Positions 19,824 through 34,730 are shown, counted from the first letter of the stretch. The stretch is 64,000 bases of DNA from Nitrospinales bacterium (GCA_965262115.1 OZ253496.1:2528001-2592000), one strand, 5' to 3'. Program-made: numbers and translations. The notes: generated from the letters alone by a model not told the origin.

Positions 19824-20010
19824 TTATACCTCCTCCAAAATAGACCACCAGTAGCCCTGCCATCATGAGGCAAAAACCGATCACCCTCAGAGTGCCATCG
19901 GGTATTTCTGGAACTTTACGGGCAAAAGCTTTCACCTGCTCCGGGAAACAAAAATAAGGGATTCCTTCAAAGACCATCATTAAACCGATAGCGGACAGGA
20001 ACAGGCTCAT
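19816..20010 (-). CDS. DUF2065 family membrane protein
   Basis: AIGLMMVFEGIPYFCFP..LRVIG pattern, 64 aa. Confidence 0.85.
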   Translation of the reverse strand: MSLFLSAIGLMMVFEGIPYFCFPEQVKAFARKVPEIPDGTLRVIGFCLMMAGLLVVYFGGGING

Positions 20011-20524
20011 GTCCTGGGCCGATTATAAACAGGAAAAAATATTCGCATAATTTTTATTTTGATATTCTCAAATCTCAGGCAGGCCGGAAGATGAGAAAAC
20101 CCTTTCTGTGACCGGTTAGTTCGGTTGGTCGGCTTGAGGAACAGCCATTGCCTGTTACGATTATCTTTTATCTCATAAAGTGAGTCAATACATAATTGGC
20201 GGGAAAAAGGTGTGGAAAAGTTGTAAAGAACGGAAAAAGCATTATATAATCGTCAGGATCGCCTGTTCCTTCAAATGTCCATTTTTGGACTTGGTCCACC
20301 GGCCTTTTGTTGCGGAAACAACCATTCCAGTAAAAAAATGGTTGGATCTTTATGTTTCCGCAGATCGGGATTTTAGATTAATTTTTTTTAACTGAAATAT
20401 TTGTTGCTAAAGTATTAAGCTATATTTAGTTTAACCGCTCTTTTATGAGAGCCTGGGTTGTATTGCCCGAGACTCCTTTTGCAGAATTTTATTTTTGTTA
20501 TTTGTCAAATGAGGATTAGAAAAC

Positions 20525-21991
20525 ATGTTTAGATCTTTTGTCCATCGTGCCCGTGTAACTTCATCGGTTTTTGTGTTTTTACTTGCATTTGGGCTGGTTG
20601 TTTCTCCAGAGACCATTTTTGCGCTAAGCAGTAATACCCAGTCGCTTGCGAGCAATATTTTTGTGGAAATTGCAAAAAAGCAAAACCCTGCTGTGGTTAA
20701 TGTGAGCACCAAGGCGAAGGCGGCACCGCAGAGAAATTTCCCAAGGTCCCGTCCTGGACCAGGGCAGGACCGGTCTCCCGATCCCTTCCGTGATTTTTAT
20801 GACCGTTTCTTTGGCGAGCGTCCGAATCAGCGACCGAAACGGGGTATGGGTTCCGGATTCGTGATCGACAAGGAGGGTCATATCCTGACCAACTATCATG
20901 TGATAGAAGGGGCCGATGAAATTGTGGTGATGCTTGAGGATAATGGAAGTGAAAAAGAATACACCGCTACCCTGATAGGGTCGGACTCAAAAACCGATAT
21001 TGCCTTGATTAAAATCAACCGCGAATCGGGGGACAATAAGGCGTTCCCTTTTCTAAAACTGGGAAGTTCCGAAAACCTTGAGGTGGGGGAATGGGTGGTA
21101 GCCATCGGTAACCCTTTTGGTCTCAGCCACACCGTTACGGTGGGCGTAGTGAGTGCCTTGGGCCGGAGCATTGGTGCCGGCCCCTATGATGAATTCATTC
21201 AGACCGACGCTTCGATCAACCCGGGTAATAGCGGAGGGCCGCTGATAAATCTCGAAGGGGAAGTGATTGGGATCAACACCGCCATCATTTCAGGAAATAC
21301 TGGCGGAAATGTGGGGATCGGATTTGCTATTCCTATTAACATCGCCAAGGGAATTTTAAAAGACCTGAAAGAAACGGGATCGGTAACCCGTGGCTGGTTG
21401 GGGGTCATGATCCAGAAAATCACTCCCGAGTTGGCCAAATCTTTCGGCCTCAACCAAAGTGAGGGGGCTCTTGTTGGCGATGTCATTCCTGATGGTCCTG
21501 CCGCTAAGGCGGGAATACAACGCGGAGATGTTATTATCCGGTTTAACAATCAGCCGGTAAAGAAAATGGAAGATCTTCCCAAAATCGTTGCCGCGACCAC
21601 CCCAGGGCTGAGGGTCGATGTCGAGGTGATTCGTGACAGTTTCCGGAAAATACTCCAAGTAACCATAGAAGTATTGAAAGATTCGCAGGAAACGGTGGTG
21701 GCCAAGGCCGATCCTCTGGGCCTCCAGGTTCAGGATATTAACGAGGAGTTGGCGAAAAACCTGCAATTGCAGAGTGGGGAAGGGGTTCTGGTTTCCGATG
21801 TGACCGCCGGAAATGCTGCGTCAGAAGCGGGTATCCGCCGGGGAGATGTGATTTCGGAAATGAACCGCGCTACAGTCAGAAATATGCAGGACTACCAGAA
21901 TCTGTTGGCCGCCGTCGAAAAGGGCTCGTCCGTCCTGTTTCTGATCAAGCGGGGAGGAAGTACCATATATATTGCTGTCAAAGTTGAGTAG
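20525..21991 (+). CDS. DegQ/DegP-type serine protease with two PDZ domains
   Basis: TNYHV, DIAL, IQTDASINPGNSGGPL. Confidence 0.95.
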   Translation: MFRSFVHRARVTSSVFVFLLAFGLVVSPETIFALSSNTQSLASNIFVEIAKKQNPAVVNVSTKAKAAPQRNFPRSRPGPGQDRSPDPFRDFYDRFFGERPNQRPKRGMGSGFVIDKEGHILTNYHVIEGADEIVVMLEDNGSEKEYTATLIGSDSKTDIALIKINRESGDNKAFPFLKLGSSENLEVGEWVVAIGNPFGLSHTVTVGVVSALGRSIGAGPYDEFIQTDASINPGNSGGPLINLEGEVIGINTAIISGNTGGNVGIGFAIPINIAKGILKDLKETGSVTRGWLGVMIQKITPELAKSFGLNQSEGALVGDVIPDGPAAKAGIQRGDVIIRFNNQPVKKMEDLPKIVAATTPGLRVDVEVIRDSFRKILQVTIEVLKDSQETVVAKADPLGLQVQDINEELAKNLQLQSGEGVLVSDVTAGNAASEAGIRRGDVISEMNRATVRNMQDYQNLLAAVEKGSSVLFLIKRGGSTIYIAVKVE

Positions 21992-22042
21992 AGCATTGTT
22001 TTACCTTCGATTAATTTTTTCACTTTTTCACCCTGTCTAAGC

Positions 22043-25464
<3,422 letters not shown>

Positions 25465-25474
25465 GTCAAACCCT

Positions 25475-26788
25475 TCAGCGGACAGCGGATGAGTGGACTC
25501 GTCGGCGGATTGGCCGTTTCGCGGGTCTTCGACCGTCAGGTTTCCTGGCTCTCGGAGGGGGACCGCGCCGCTTTCGTATCGGAGGCTTGCCTTCCTTTTC
25601 TTCCAGAAACAATTCCTCTTCGGGCCAGGATACGGGGATTTTGTTTTTCAGGTAATCCTCGACCCGTTCCAAATGCTGGGCGAAATCTTCACAGCAAAGT
25701 GTGATGGCGGTGCCCTTGTTTCCTGCTCGTGCGGTTCTGCCTATGCGATGCACATAGTCTTCCGCGTCCTGCGGTAAATCATAATTAATGACATGCGTGA
25801 TATTGTCGATATGCAGTCCTCGCGATGCCACGTCCGTGGCGATGAGGATATCGAGAGCACCTTCCTGAAATTTTTCCAGTACCCGAATTCGGGCCTTCTG
25901 GTGAAGGTCGCCGCTAATTTGTCCGGCGTTAAAGCCGTTGTGGTTCAATTTCCACTCAAGAATCTCGCATTCAATTTTAGTGTTGGAAAAAATCAGAACT
26001 TTTTCCCCGGCCTCTTTTTTCATCAAACCTAAAAGGAGGTTGAATTTTTCATGTTGTCCGACGTGATAGAGTATCTGGGTGACCTCGTCCACCACCGCTT
26101 TTTCCGGCTCGATGGCTACCCTGACCGGATTGTTCATGTGCTCGTAACACAACTCCATAACCCGGTGATTGAGCGTTGCCGAAAATAGCATGGACTGGCG
26201 CTTGTCATAGGGCGAACAGTTGCGGAATAAATAACGCAGGTCGGCAATGAATCCCATATCAAACATGCGGTCGGCTTCGTCCACGACCAGAACTTCCACC
26301 TGTTTCAAACTGAAGAATTTTTGCTTGTAGAAATCGATCAACCGGCCCGGTGTGGCGATCAGGATGTCCACCCCATCCTTGATCTGGTTTATCTGTTTGT
26401 CATAATCCACTCCGCCGATAACACAAACCGTGCGGAACGAGCAATGCTTGCCTAAGAGTAGGGCATCCTTTTCGATTTGCCTTGCCAGTTCGCGGGTCGG
26501 AGCGATGATCAATGCTCGTGGACCGGCTTTTCCTTTAGGCGCGAGTGGTGGAGTGTTTTCTAACAGCCGGGTGAACAGGGTGATCAAAAACGCCGCGGTT
26601 TTTCCCGTTCCGGTCTGTGCTTGCCCTGCCAGGTCCTTGCGCCCAAGAGTGATGGGCAGAGACTTGCTCTGGATCGGTGTGCAGGTTACAAATTTCGCGT
26701 CGCGAATGCCCTTTAAGACTAGTTCTGGCAAGGCCAGAGATTCAAAGGTCAGTAGTTCCAAAAGATGCTCCGGGTGGGCACTTCTCAC
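25475..26788 (-). CDS. DEAD-box RNA helicase, RhlB-like
   Basis: CTPIQ, AQTGTGKT, PTRELA, DEAD, SAT, HRIGRTARAG. Exact start uncertain. Confidence 0.93.
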   Translation of the reverse strand: MRSAHPEHLLELLTFESLALPELVLKGIRDAKFVTCTPIQSKSLPITLGRKDLAGQAQTGTGKTAAFLITLFTRLLENTPPLAPKGKAGPRALIIAPTRELARQIEKDALLLGKHCSFRTVCVIGGVDYDKQINQIKDGVDILIATPGRLIDFYKQKFFSLKQVEVLVVDEADRMFDMGFIADLRYLFRNCSPYDKRQSMLFSATLNHRVMELCYEHMNNPVRVAIEPEKAVVDEVTQILYHVGQHEKFNLLLGLMKKEAGEKVLIFSNTKIECEILEWKLNHNGFNAGQISGDLHQKARIRVLEKFQEGALDILIATDVASRGLHIDNITHVINYDLPQDAEDYVHRIGRTARAGNKGTAITLCCEDFAQHLERVEDYLKNKIPVSWPEEELFLEEKEGKPPIRKRRGPPPRARKPDGRRPAKRPIRRRVHSSAVR

Positions 26789-27159
26789 AGGGACTCTTGA
26801 GAGTTAGAGCCTTAATTTTCAAGTGGTTAAAAATCTTTGTTGAAGATAAAGGTCATTATGAGGGGCTTACCCTTGATTTGCAACTCAAATTTCATTTTTC
26901 TTGACTTTGGAGGGGGGGAAATGTTTAAATTATCCTTCAATTTTGATTCCGGTAGTTACCCAGATTCTAGGCCCGCCTGCACTTGATTTCAAAGAATTTT
27001 CCCTTTGATTTTCAATGGTTTTTGTTTCAGAAGCGGGACGAACCGGAAAATTGGAATAAGGCCGGAAAGTGGGGCAATTGTTATCGTTTTTTATCCGGCC
27101 TTTACCGGATAGGCTCGTTTTAGATGAACCACGGGTTTTTCGCGTTTTGAGGTGAATTT

Positions 27160-28872
27160 GTGATTCAACATGATGTGCTGATTGTGGGTGCCGGTCTCGC
27201 CGGGATGCGTTGTGCCCTGGAAGCCTGTAAGGAGTTGGATGTTGCCGTGTTGACCAAGGTGTATCCTTCCAGATCCCATTCCGGTGCGGCGCAGGGGGGT
27301 ATTGCCGCTTCTTTGGGAAACTCGGAGCCGGACAGTTGGGAAGAGCATATGTACGACACCGTCAAAGGTGGCGACTTTCTCAGCGACCAGGATGCGGTGG
27401 AAGAGTATGTCAAAGCCGCTCCCAGGATTATCTATGAATTAGAGCATATGGGTTGTGTTTTCAGCCGTACGCCGGATGGGAAAATTGCCCAGCGCAGTTT
27501 CGGTGGGCATTCCAAACCGCGCGCCTGTTTTTCTGCCGACCGCACCGGCCATGCCATTCTACATGCCCTGCATGAACAACTCATGAAGAATGCGAAATCC
27601 GTTAAAATTTATAGCGAGTGGTACATGCACTCGCTGGTTGTTGATGGCGATCGTCGTTGTAACGGTGTGGTGGTCAGCAATATCCAGACCGGGGAAGTGG
27701 AAGTGATTCAGGCCAAGGCCGTGGTATTTTGTACCGGGGGATATGGCAGGGTATACAAATTCACTTCCAATGCTTTTGCCAGTACGGCCGATGGAGTCAT
27801 GGCCGCGTTCGATGTAGGGATTCCCCTGGAAGATTTGGAATTTGTCCAATTTCATCCATCGGGTTTGTATCGCCAAGGAATTTTATTTTCTGAAGCAGCG
27901 CGGGGAGAAGGAGCTTATCTCCTTAATGGAAAAGGCGAACGCTTCATGGAACAGTATGCCCCGTCGCGCATGGAACTGGCCCCCCGCGACATCGTAGCTC
28001 GGGCCGAGCAGAGCGAAATGGATGCCGGGCGTGGTGTGAACGGTGAAAACTGTATTCATCTTGACCTGCGCCATTTGGGTGAGGCGCGGATCATGGAACG
28101 TCTGCCGCAAATCAGGCAACTGGGTATCGACTTTTTGGGTGTAGACTGCATCAACGAATGTTTGCCCATTCAGCCTACTGCGCATTATTCGATGGGTGGT
28201 ATCCCGACCGATAAATATTCTCACGTAATTCTTGATGAAAAAGGCACCCGCATGAACGGATTTTTTGCCGCCGGGGAATGCGCCTGTGTCTCCGTTCATG
28301 GTGGTAACCGGCTGGGTACAAATTCCCTTCTGGAAGCAACGGTGTTTGGAGAACGTGCGGGTAAATCCGTACTCGAATATGCCGTGGGCATTGACTACGG
28401 AAACGTCAACGAAGGGCAGGAAAAAGCCCGGGTCCTGAAAAAGTTTGAGGATATTTTTCAAAGAGATGGCTCGGAAAGCTATAACGACATCCGTAATGAG
28501 ATGAAGGATATAATGATGAGCCATTGCGGGGTTTTTCGCGATGAGAAAAAACTCAAAGTCTGTATTGAAACCTTGAAAGGACTGCAGGAAAGGTTCAAAA
28601 ACGGTAGAGTGACCGATAAGGGCAAGCTGTTCAATACAGAAATTTATGAAATTCTGGAATTGGGAAACATGCTAGGGATTTCCCGGCTGATCGCCAATGG
28701 TGCCCTGCAAAGAAAGGAAAGCCGGGGCGGACATTTCCGCACGGATTTTCCGAAACGCGATGACGAAAATTTTCTCCATCATTCAATGACCTACGACTCC
28801 CCAGATGGACTGGTGGTGAAAAAGAAATCGGTCGTGATCACCAAATATCAACCCGCAGAAAGAACTTATTAA
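27160..28872 (+). CDS. sdhA: Succinate dehydrogenase/fumarate reductase flavoprotein subunit
   Basis: [16 protein letters not shown] (covalent FAD His), QFHPS, ELAPRD, HYSMGG, HGGNRLG, ESRGGH. Confidence 0.95.
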   Translation: MIQHDVLIVGAGLAGMRCALEACKELDVAVLTKVYPSRSHSGAAQGGIAASLGNSEPDSWEEHMYDTVKGGDFLSDQDAVEEYVKAAPRIIYELEHMGCVFSRTPDGKIAQRSFGGHSKPRACFSADRTGHAILHALHEQLMKNAKSVKIYSEWYMHSLVVDGDRRCNGVVVSNIQTGEVEVIQAKAVVFCTGGYGRVYKFTSNAFASTADGVMAAFDVGIPLEDLEFVQFHPSGLYRQGILFSEAARGEGAYLLNGKGERFMEQYAPSRMELAPRDIVARAEQSEMDAGRGVNGENCIHLDLRHLGEARIMERLPQIRQLGIDFLGVDCINECLPIQPTAHYSMGGIPTDKYSHVILDEKGTRMNGFFAAGECACVSVHGGNRLGTNSLLEATVFGERAGKSVLEYAVGIDYGNVNEGQEKARVLKKFEDIFQRDGSESYNDIRNEMKDIMMSHCGVFRDEKKLKVCIETLKGLQERFKNGRVTDKGKLFNTEIYEILELGNMLGISRLIANGALQRKESRGGHFRTDFPKRDDENFLHHSMTYDSPDGLVVKKKSVVITKYQPAERTY

Positions 28873-29813
28873 TGGCGACTTTCAGGATCAAGCGCTTCAA
28901 TCCGGAAAAACAACCAGAACCTTATTTTGAGGACTTCCAACTGGACATCCAACCGGGGATTACCCTTCTGGATTGCATGAACCAGATCAAGTGGACATTG
29001 GATGGAAGTTTTACTTACCGGATGTCCTGCCGCAGTGCCATTTGCGGGTCCTGCGCCGTTAAAGCGAACGGTCACGCCCTGCTGGCTTGCCAACGTCAGG
29101 CCGAACACATTGTCGATAACGACGAGACCATTACGCTAGAACCTTTGGGCAATATGAAGCCGATCAAAGACCTGGTGGTCGACTTCACCCCGTTCTGGGA
29201 CAAGGTCAACAAGGTCAAACCTTATCTGGAACCCAAAGAAGCCCCGCCGGAAAAAGAACGTCCCCAAAGTCAGGAAGAATTTTTGAGGATCGACGATTCA
29301 AGCACCTGCATCATGTGCGGGGCCTGCTATTCCGACTGCAATACCCTCGAGGTGGATGAGAACTTCCTCGGGCCGGCGGCTCTTGCCAAGGCGCAAAGAT
29401 TTGTTGGCGATTCCCGTGACTCCCAAACCTTCGAGCGGGTTAAAGAACTCAGCGAACCGGGCGGCATCTGGGACTGCACCCACTGCGGCGAATGTGTCGA
29501 GCGTTGCCCCAAACCGGCGCGTCCGTTTGACCGCATCAAAGAAATCATGACCGTGGCCCTGGAGCAAGGTGTGCACAACAATAACGGAGCCCGGCACGCA
29601 CTATCCTTTTTTAATTCCGTAAAAAGAAGCGGTAATCTGAATGAGAACAGGATTCCCGTTGAGTCGATGGGATTTTTCAATATTTCCGGATTGTTGAGCC
29701 TGCTTCCTGTCGGGTTGCGCATGTTCTTTAAGGGCAAGGTTCCCCCGATCATTCATCACTCCATTGATGAAGTGGACGATGTTAAACGAATTTTCAAGGA
29801 GTTGGATCAATGA
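28872..29813 (+). CDS. sdhB: Succinate dehydrogenase/fumarate reductase Fe-S subunit
   Basis: [33 protein letters not shown]. Confidence 0.95.
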   Translation: MATFRIKRFNPEKQPEPYFEDFQLDIQPGITLLDCMNQIKWTLDGSFTYRMSCRSAICGSCAVKANGHALLACQRQAEHIVDNDETITLEPLGNMKPIKDLVVDFTPFWDKVNKVKPYLEPKEAPPEKERPQSQEEFLRIDDSSTCIMCGACYSDCNTLEVDENFLGPAALAKAQRFVGDSRDSQTFERVKELSEPGGIWDCTHCGECVERCPKPARPFDRIKEIMTVALEQGVHNNNGARHALSFFNSVKRSGNLNENRIPVESMGFFNISGLLSLLPVGLRMFFKGKVPPIIHHSIDEVDDVKRIFKELDQ

Positions 29814-30688
29814 AGTTTGCCTTGTTTACCGGATGTGTTGCCAAAGGGGCAACCCGGGAACTGATGCTTTCCACCACCAAAGCCGCCGAAGGCCTCGGGT
29901 TTGAATTCATAGAAATGAAAAGCGCTTCCTGCTGTGGTGCCGGGGTGGTTTCCGAAAAAAGCCCTCTGCTTGCCGATGCGCTGAACGCGCGTTCGTTTTC
30001 CATCGCCGAAAAACAAGGGCTCGATATCGTCACCATCTGTTCGACCTGCCAGGGCACCTTGAAAAAAACTGAAGCTCAGCTCAATGCAGATGCCGAATAT
30101 AAAAAGAAGGTCAACGACATCCTCGAGGAGGGTGGGCACCAATATAGCGGCAAGACACGGATCAAACATTTCGCCAACATTCTCGCTACTGATGAAGGCA
30201 TGGCGAGGTTGAAGGAACGCATCAAAAGACCCCTGACCGGGTTAAAGGTTGCTGCGTTTTATGGTTGTTATGTCCTGCGTCCTTCAGAAAACTCAGACTT
30301 TGAGAATCCGGATAATCCCACAGGTATGGAAGATATTTTTGCAGCACTGGGCGCAACACCGGTTTATTATCCCAGTCGCATCAAGTGTTGCGGGTTTCCC
30401 ATTGTTATGATGAACAAACCGGCTTCTCTTGATATGTCGGGCAACGCCCTGCTGGAGGCGATCGATCACGGCGCCGATGTTGTGGCGACCGGATGTCCGC
30501 TTTGTCATTTGAGCCTCGATTCTTATCAGCCGGAAATTGAAATTTTGCAAAAGAAAAACAATTCCATCCCCGTTCTGCACCTTCCCCAACTGGTTGCACT
30601 GGCCTTGGACTATTCCCCCAGCGAACTCGGCATGGATAGACACATCGTCTCCACCCTCAAAATCAACCAGATCCTCGCTACCACTTAG
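29810..30688 (+). CDS. HdrB-like CCG-domain anchor subunit (type E Sdh/Frd)
   Basis: FTGC..SCCG..CSTC and YGC..CCG..CPLC; operonic with sdhAB. Confidence 0.88.
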   Translation: MKFALFTGCVAKGATRELMLSTTKAAEGLGFEFIEMKSASCCGAGVVSEKSPLLADALNARSFSIAEKQGLDIVTICSTCQGTLKKTEAQLNADAEYKKKVNDILEEGGHQYSGKTRIKHFANILATDEGMARLKERIKRPLTGLKVAAFYGCYVLRPSENSDFENPDNPTGMEDIFAALGATPVYYPSRIKCCGFPIVMMNKPASLDMSGNALLEAIDHGADVVATGCPLCHLSLDSYQPEIEILQKKNNSIPVLHLPQLVALALDYSPSELGMDRHIVSTLKINQILATT

Positions 30689-30690
30689 TC

Positions 30691-30796
30691 CCGGCGAACC
30701 GCCGGTGGCCGTGATATTCTTCCAAAGCTCTCCGGAGTACTCGTGTCGGTGTTATGTCAAAACTTTAACCTTCATGCCCCGAAGGGGTATGTGATA
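30691..30796. repeat. Hairpin repeat plus Z units
   Basis: CCGGCGAACCGCCGGTGGC, then GTGATATTCTTCC.. and GTGTTATG..CCTTCATGCCCCGAAGGGGTAT|GTGATA. Confidence 0.7.
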
Positions 30797-30895
30797 ATTC
30801 ACCTTAACTATTAAAAAATTTTCTTCATACAAAATGGCACGATGAACCAAAAATGGTTGTAAAGTAAGATAGAGGTAAGAAAATTAAGAATCAGT

Positions 30896-31624
30896 GTGAG
30901 CGATGAACCCGCTGAAATAATACTCTTAAAAATAAAAACTTTAAATAAAGTGGCGAACCGGGAACATATTACACTGCTCAGGAGTTCAGTAGAGAGGTGG
31001 AACATTTGGAGAAAAAGCAATCCAAACATCGAGCCCGATCTGGATCGCGTCGACTTCAATGGCGCTAACCTGAGCAATGCCAACCTCAGAAAAGCTAATT
31101 TCTATATGACCCTACTCAACGGCGCCAATTTGCAGGGCGCGAACCTCACCAAAACCTTCTTCGCCGGTTCGGATTTGCGAGGCGCCAACCTCAACGAAAC
31201 CGATTGCCCGGGAGTGAAGTTCAATGGTGCGGATTTATGCGGATGCTCCTTCAAGAAAGCGAAACTGAGAAAAGTAGATTTCAGTGACCGCGATCTTCGC
31301 GACGTCGACTTCAGTGAAGCCGACCTGAGAAGAGCCGATCTACGAAAGTCTAATCTTGAAAAAGTAAACTTCTTCAAAGCCGATCTTCGTAAGACCTTGC
31401 TCACTGAAGCCAATCTCACAGAGGCGTATCTGTCTTCGGCGTGGTTGCAGGAGACCGACTTACAATGGGCCAACCTCAGCAAGGCTATCTTGCGTTATTC
31501 CGTTAACCTGACCCCCGCCCAGGTCCAATCGGCGAAGATGGACCGCGAAACCAAAGTTCCCCACTACCTGAAGATCCACTGGATTTCTGAAACGGATTTC
31601 CGCTGCGAAAAAAAGACAGGGTAG
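30896..31624 (+). CDS. Pentapeptide repeat protein
   Basis: WNIWR..P.L followed by tandem A(D/N)Lxx repeats. Confidence 0.92.
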   Translation: MSDEPAEIILLKIKTLNKVANREHITLLRSSVERWNIWRKSNPNIEPDLDRVDFNGANLSNANLRKANFYMTLLNGANLQGANLTKTFFAGSDLRGANLNETDCPGVKFNGADLCGCSFKKAKLRKVDFSDRDLRDVDFSEADLRRADLRKSNLEKVNFFKADLRKTLLTEANLTEAYLSSAWLQETDLQWANLSKAILRYSVNLTPAQVQSAKMDRETKVPHYLKIHWISETDFRCEKKTG

Positions 31625-31850
31625 AGAATCTGATGCCGCGACCGCTTTCTTTAACTTCCCTTTGCTAAACCTTAGTCAATAGTTCAGAGTTGCTACCCAG
31701 CAAAAACTGCGGGACATTTGCGGGACTTTTCAAACTAACTCAAGCTTATTCTCAATATGCTGGTGCTTCTTTAAGGTATTAAGAACTAGGTAGGTTATCA
31801 GATAAGCCGCCCAATCATGAGCGGTTAAAGACGCGGGGTTCGCTGGCCTC

Positions 31851-31928
31851 GTAATATTCTTCCTAAACTCTCGTGCCACGGAGGGGTGCTCACGCCGGTG
31901 ATATATAAAAACTTTAGCCTTCATACCC
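31851..31928 (+). repeat. Two degenerate Z units
   Basis: GTAATATTCTTCCTAAACTCTCGTGCCACGGAGGGG matches the reverse complement of 51551-51589; a second unit starts GTGATAT at 31898. Confidence 0.65.
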
Positions 31929-31931
31929 TTT

Positions 31932-32831
31932 CTATGGCAGTTTATTTTGCAGCCCGTTTTTATATGCTAAAACCATAGATTGTGTTCCCTTTAATCCCCC
32001 TTGACCTTGCGGGAAAGTAGTAATGGCAAGTTCGAATAATTTTTGGGCGAGATTGACTCCGGAAAAATTCTCTCGGCCTGAAAGCTCCTCATTGACTAAT
32101 CTCAAATCTTTCAGCATGTCTTTTACTTTAAATCCCGCGGAATAATCCGATTGAATCATTTTGGGACCTAAGTTGGACAAAGCCCATGATCCGGCTGCTC
32201 CAGTACTGCATATTTCAATTACCAAATTTGGGTCAATTTCCTGAATTTCAGCAAGTCGCATTGCTTCAGATAAAGCCACCATGTTAATACCGCAAAGAAT
32301 TTGGTTCACTAATTTAATGGCTTGTCCACTCCCAACCGGACCACAATGATGAATATTTTTTCCTAGAACCTTCAGGAGGGTCAATGAATCTGAAAAATCT
32401 TTATCCGTCCCTCCCACCATAATGGTCAAAGACCCATTCTTTGCACCACTATCTCCTCCGGAAACATGGGCATCCAAAAACCTTAATCCTATTTGCTTTA
32501 ACCTGAGCCCTAAAGATTTTGCCGCCTTGGTGCCAATAGTACTGAAATCGATTATTAAGGAGCCCTTTTTAGCATTCTCAACCACACCCCCCGAACCAAA
32601 AAGAACTTTTTCGACATCCGGCGCATCGGACACACAAATAAAAATGAAATCAACATTGTTAACGGCCTCCTCAATGCTTTTAGTTACTTTGCAACCCGCC
32701 TTTTTGGCGATTTGAATACCGGGGTTAGTAGTCGTTCTGTTCCAAACATTCGTTACCAATCCTGAGCGACCCAGGTTGGCAGCCATAGCCGCACCCATAA
32801 TTCCCATTCCCAAAAAAGCGTGTTTTGGCAT
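31932..32831 (-). CDS. NAD(P)-dependent beta-hydroxyacid dehydrogenase (3-hydroxyisobutyrate DH family)
   Basis: FLGMGIMGAAMA, WNRT, LDAHVSGG, GSGQAIKLVNQ, KDL. Confidence 0.9.
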   Translation of the reverse strand: MPKHAFLGMGIMGAAMAANLGRSGLVTNVWNRTTTNPGIQIAKKAGCKVTKSIEEAVNNVDFIFICVSDAPDVEKVLFGSGGVVENAKKGSLIIDFSTIGTKAAKSLGLRLKQIGLRFLDAHVSGGDSGAKNGSLTIMVGGTDKDFSDSLTLLKVLGKNIHHCGPVGSGQAIKLVNQILCGINMVALSEAMRLAEIQEIDPNLVIEICSTGAAGSWALSNLGPKMIQSDYSAGFKVKDMLKDLRLVNEELSGRENFSGVNLAQKLFELAITTFPQGQGGLKGTQSMVLAYKNGLQNKLP

Positions 32832-33009
32832 AATCTACTTATCCTTCAATTTATTTAAAATTCCCAAATTGCATACTGTGTGAGCGTAGCACTCATTGAG
32901 GTTTTCATCTGTCCATCACGCTTATAAATTTTGACCCACTTGACAAAGCAATCTAAAACCCCAAGATTATAGTGGTCTTTAAAAAAAATTACGGTAAGGA
33001 GTATCAGTC

Positions 33010-33204
33010 ATGAACAAAGATTCCTGGATCGCACTGATAATCGCCAGTATCATCACTATTATAGCAGCAACACCGCTTTACTATTCCCGTGACTATGCCC
33101 GTGGGCCGAAAGGTAAATTTTTGGAAGGTTCGGATACAAAACTGACGGAGCCCATGAAGCGAACAGAAAGAAAAACCGAGCCACTATCAGAGGATACCGA
33201 ATAA
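33010..33204 (+). CDS. Small single-TM hypothetical protein
   Basis: Strong SD (TAAGGAG), one hydrophobic helix. Confidence 0.65.
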   Translation: MNKDSWIALIIASIITIIAATPLYYSRDYARGPKGKFLEGSDTKLTEPMKRTERKTEPLSEDTE

Positions 33205-33251
33205 TAGGTTCCTGAAACAGGATAATAACCAGCTTTTGTTAGTGATCAACT

Positions 33252-33770
33252 ATGAATGAAGAAGAAAAAGTAGTTTCAGAAAAAGAATTGAAACAGGAGG
33301 GAGAAATAGCCCTGTTTGAAGGAAAACCATTCAATGGTGTTTGTATTGATTTCTATGAAAATGGACAGAAATCCTTCGAGGGACATTTCAAAAATGGAAA
33401 AGAAGAGGGTCTTCATACTGAATGGTACGAAAACGGGCAGAAATCCTGCGAAGGACATTTCAACAAAGGAAAAGAAAAGGGTCTTCATACTCAATGGTTT
33501 GAAGATGGGAAGACAGAATTGGAAGGACAATACAAAGATGGTACTGAAGAGGGTCTTCATACTAGTTGGTATGAAAACGGACAGAAAGCAGGTGAAGAAC
33601 ATTATAAAAATGGAAAAGAAGAGGGTCTTACGGTGATTTGGTATAAAAACGGACAAAAAAATATTGAGAAATATTACAAAAACGGAAAAGAAGAAGGACT
33701 TTGGATTGAATGGTCAGAAGAAGGAAAGAAAATATATGAGGGGCATTTCCAAGATGGAAATGAATTATAG
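33252..33770 (+). CDS. MORN-variant repeat protein (YwqK-like)
   Basis: 24-aa repeats of WYENGQK..EG.(F/Y)KNGKEEG. Confidence 0.88.
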   Translation: MNEEEKVVSEKELKQEGEIALFEGKPFNGVCIDFYENGQKSFEGHFKNGKEEGLHTEWYENGQKSCEGHFNKGKEKGLHTQWFEDGKTELEGQYKDGTEEGLHTSWYENGQKAGEEHYKNGKEEGLTVIWYKNGQKNIEKYYKNGKEEGLWIEWSEEGKKIYEGHFQDGNEL

Positions 33771-33975
33771 GAAGGGTTGGATACGTCTGGGAATCGTAGT
33801 TTTTGCCCTATTGGTGTTAGGATTTATAATTCCGTTTTTAAAAATATATAATTTCAGTGCTTTCAATTCAGGCGTTTCTACAATAATTGGGCTGATTGCC
33901 CTTTTATGGCTGATTTATAGCGTCTTCTCGTGGGTTTCCGATGGATTTAAGAAAAAAGGAAGCCCATATGTTTAA
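33760..33975 (+). CDS. Small two-TM hypothetical protein
   Basis: MNYRKGWIRLGIVV..WVSDGFKK; ATG overlaps the end of the MORN gene. Confidence 0.6.
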   Translation: MNYRKGWIRLGIVVFALLVLGFIIPFLKIYNFSAFNSGVSTIIGLIALLWLIYSVFSWVSDGFKKKGSPYV

Positions 33976-34092
33976 TTTGAATGAAGGTGGAAATGCGCAA
34001 AAACAACTTGGAAAAAGGCAACAGGATAAAACAAAAAGTATTTAAAATCCTGGAATGCTAGCTTGAGTTCCTCTGGGAGTTTAACTAATCCG

Positions 34093-34395
34093 CTATATTT
34101 CGAGCACGATTTCATCGTCCTCGACCTTGACCACAAAAGTGCCAAGCTTTGCTTGCGGATTCATCTTGCATTCCCCGTTGGTGACATCGTATTGCCATCC
34201 GTGCAGAGGGCAAGTGATGATGTTTCCCTCCAATTCCCCAGTGCCCAGTGACCCTCCTTTATGCAAACAGGTATCGTCTATGGCAACAAACTTTCCTCCC
34301 ACGTTAAATACGGCAACGCTTTGTCCTTCTACAGTAAAGGTTTTCCCTGTTCCTTCCGCCAATTCCGATTTTTTCGCCAATTTATGAGCCGCCAT
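34093..34395 (-). CDS. Rieske 2Fe-2S ferredoxin
   Basis: CLHKGG and CPLHGWQYD; SD AGGAG. Confidence 0.92.
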   Translation of the reverse strand: MAAHKLAKKSELAEGTGKTFTVEGQSVAVFNVGGKFVAIDDTCLHKGGSLGTGELEGNIITCPLHGWQYDVTNGECKMNPQAKLGTFVVKVEDDEIVLEI

Positions 34396-34643
34396 AATCA
34401 GTTCTCCTATAATAAAAAGCTTTGTAGAACATTTGAAAAGAAAAATAAATGGAAATATATTGTTTATGATTCAATTTTTGCAAGAAAGATTCGCCCCTGC
34501 CTGGAAAACAGTTAAATCGAGATTTCCAAAATGTAAAATCACACCTCGCCACATTGGCTTCTTTCTGCTGTTCTAAGTTTGACAAATAAACATGTCGAAT
34601 TTACCTAGTTATAGAAATCATTAATTTCTAAAAAGGTTACGTG

Positions 34644-34730
34644 ATGCGTTTTGAACAGATGACCATAAAACTGCAGGAAGCTTTTTCTGCCGCCCAGAGG
34701 TTGTGTTCCTCCAAACGCCAGCAGTTTTAA
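34644..34730 (+). pseudogene. 5' remnant resembling the ClpB N-terminus
   Basis: MRFEQMTIKLQEAFSAAQRLCSSKRQQF* resembles ClpB starts; no continuation seen downstream. Confidence 0.6.

Noticed and set aside
20073..20139. SRP RNA-like CAGGCCGGAAG hairpin
   Set aside because: Lacks the stem closing the GGAA loop and the AGCAG motif.
31805..31846. tRNA-like GAGCGGTTAAAGACGCGG
   Set aside because: No acceptor stem or T-arm can be formed; it is just a short hairpin.
32887..32912. CIRCE-like TAGCACTC
   Set aside because: Half-site only, no right arm, and not near a chaperone gene.
33340..33720. 72-nt periodic repeats as DGR template/variable repeats or an array
   Set aside because: Fully explained by 24-aa MORN protein repeats; no reverse transcriptase in the window.
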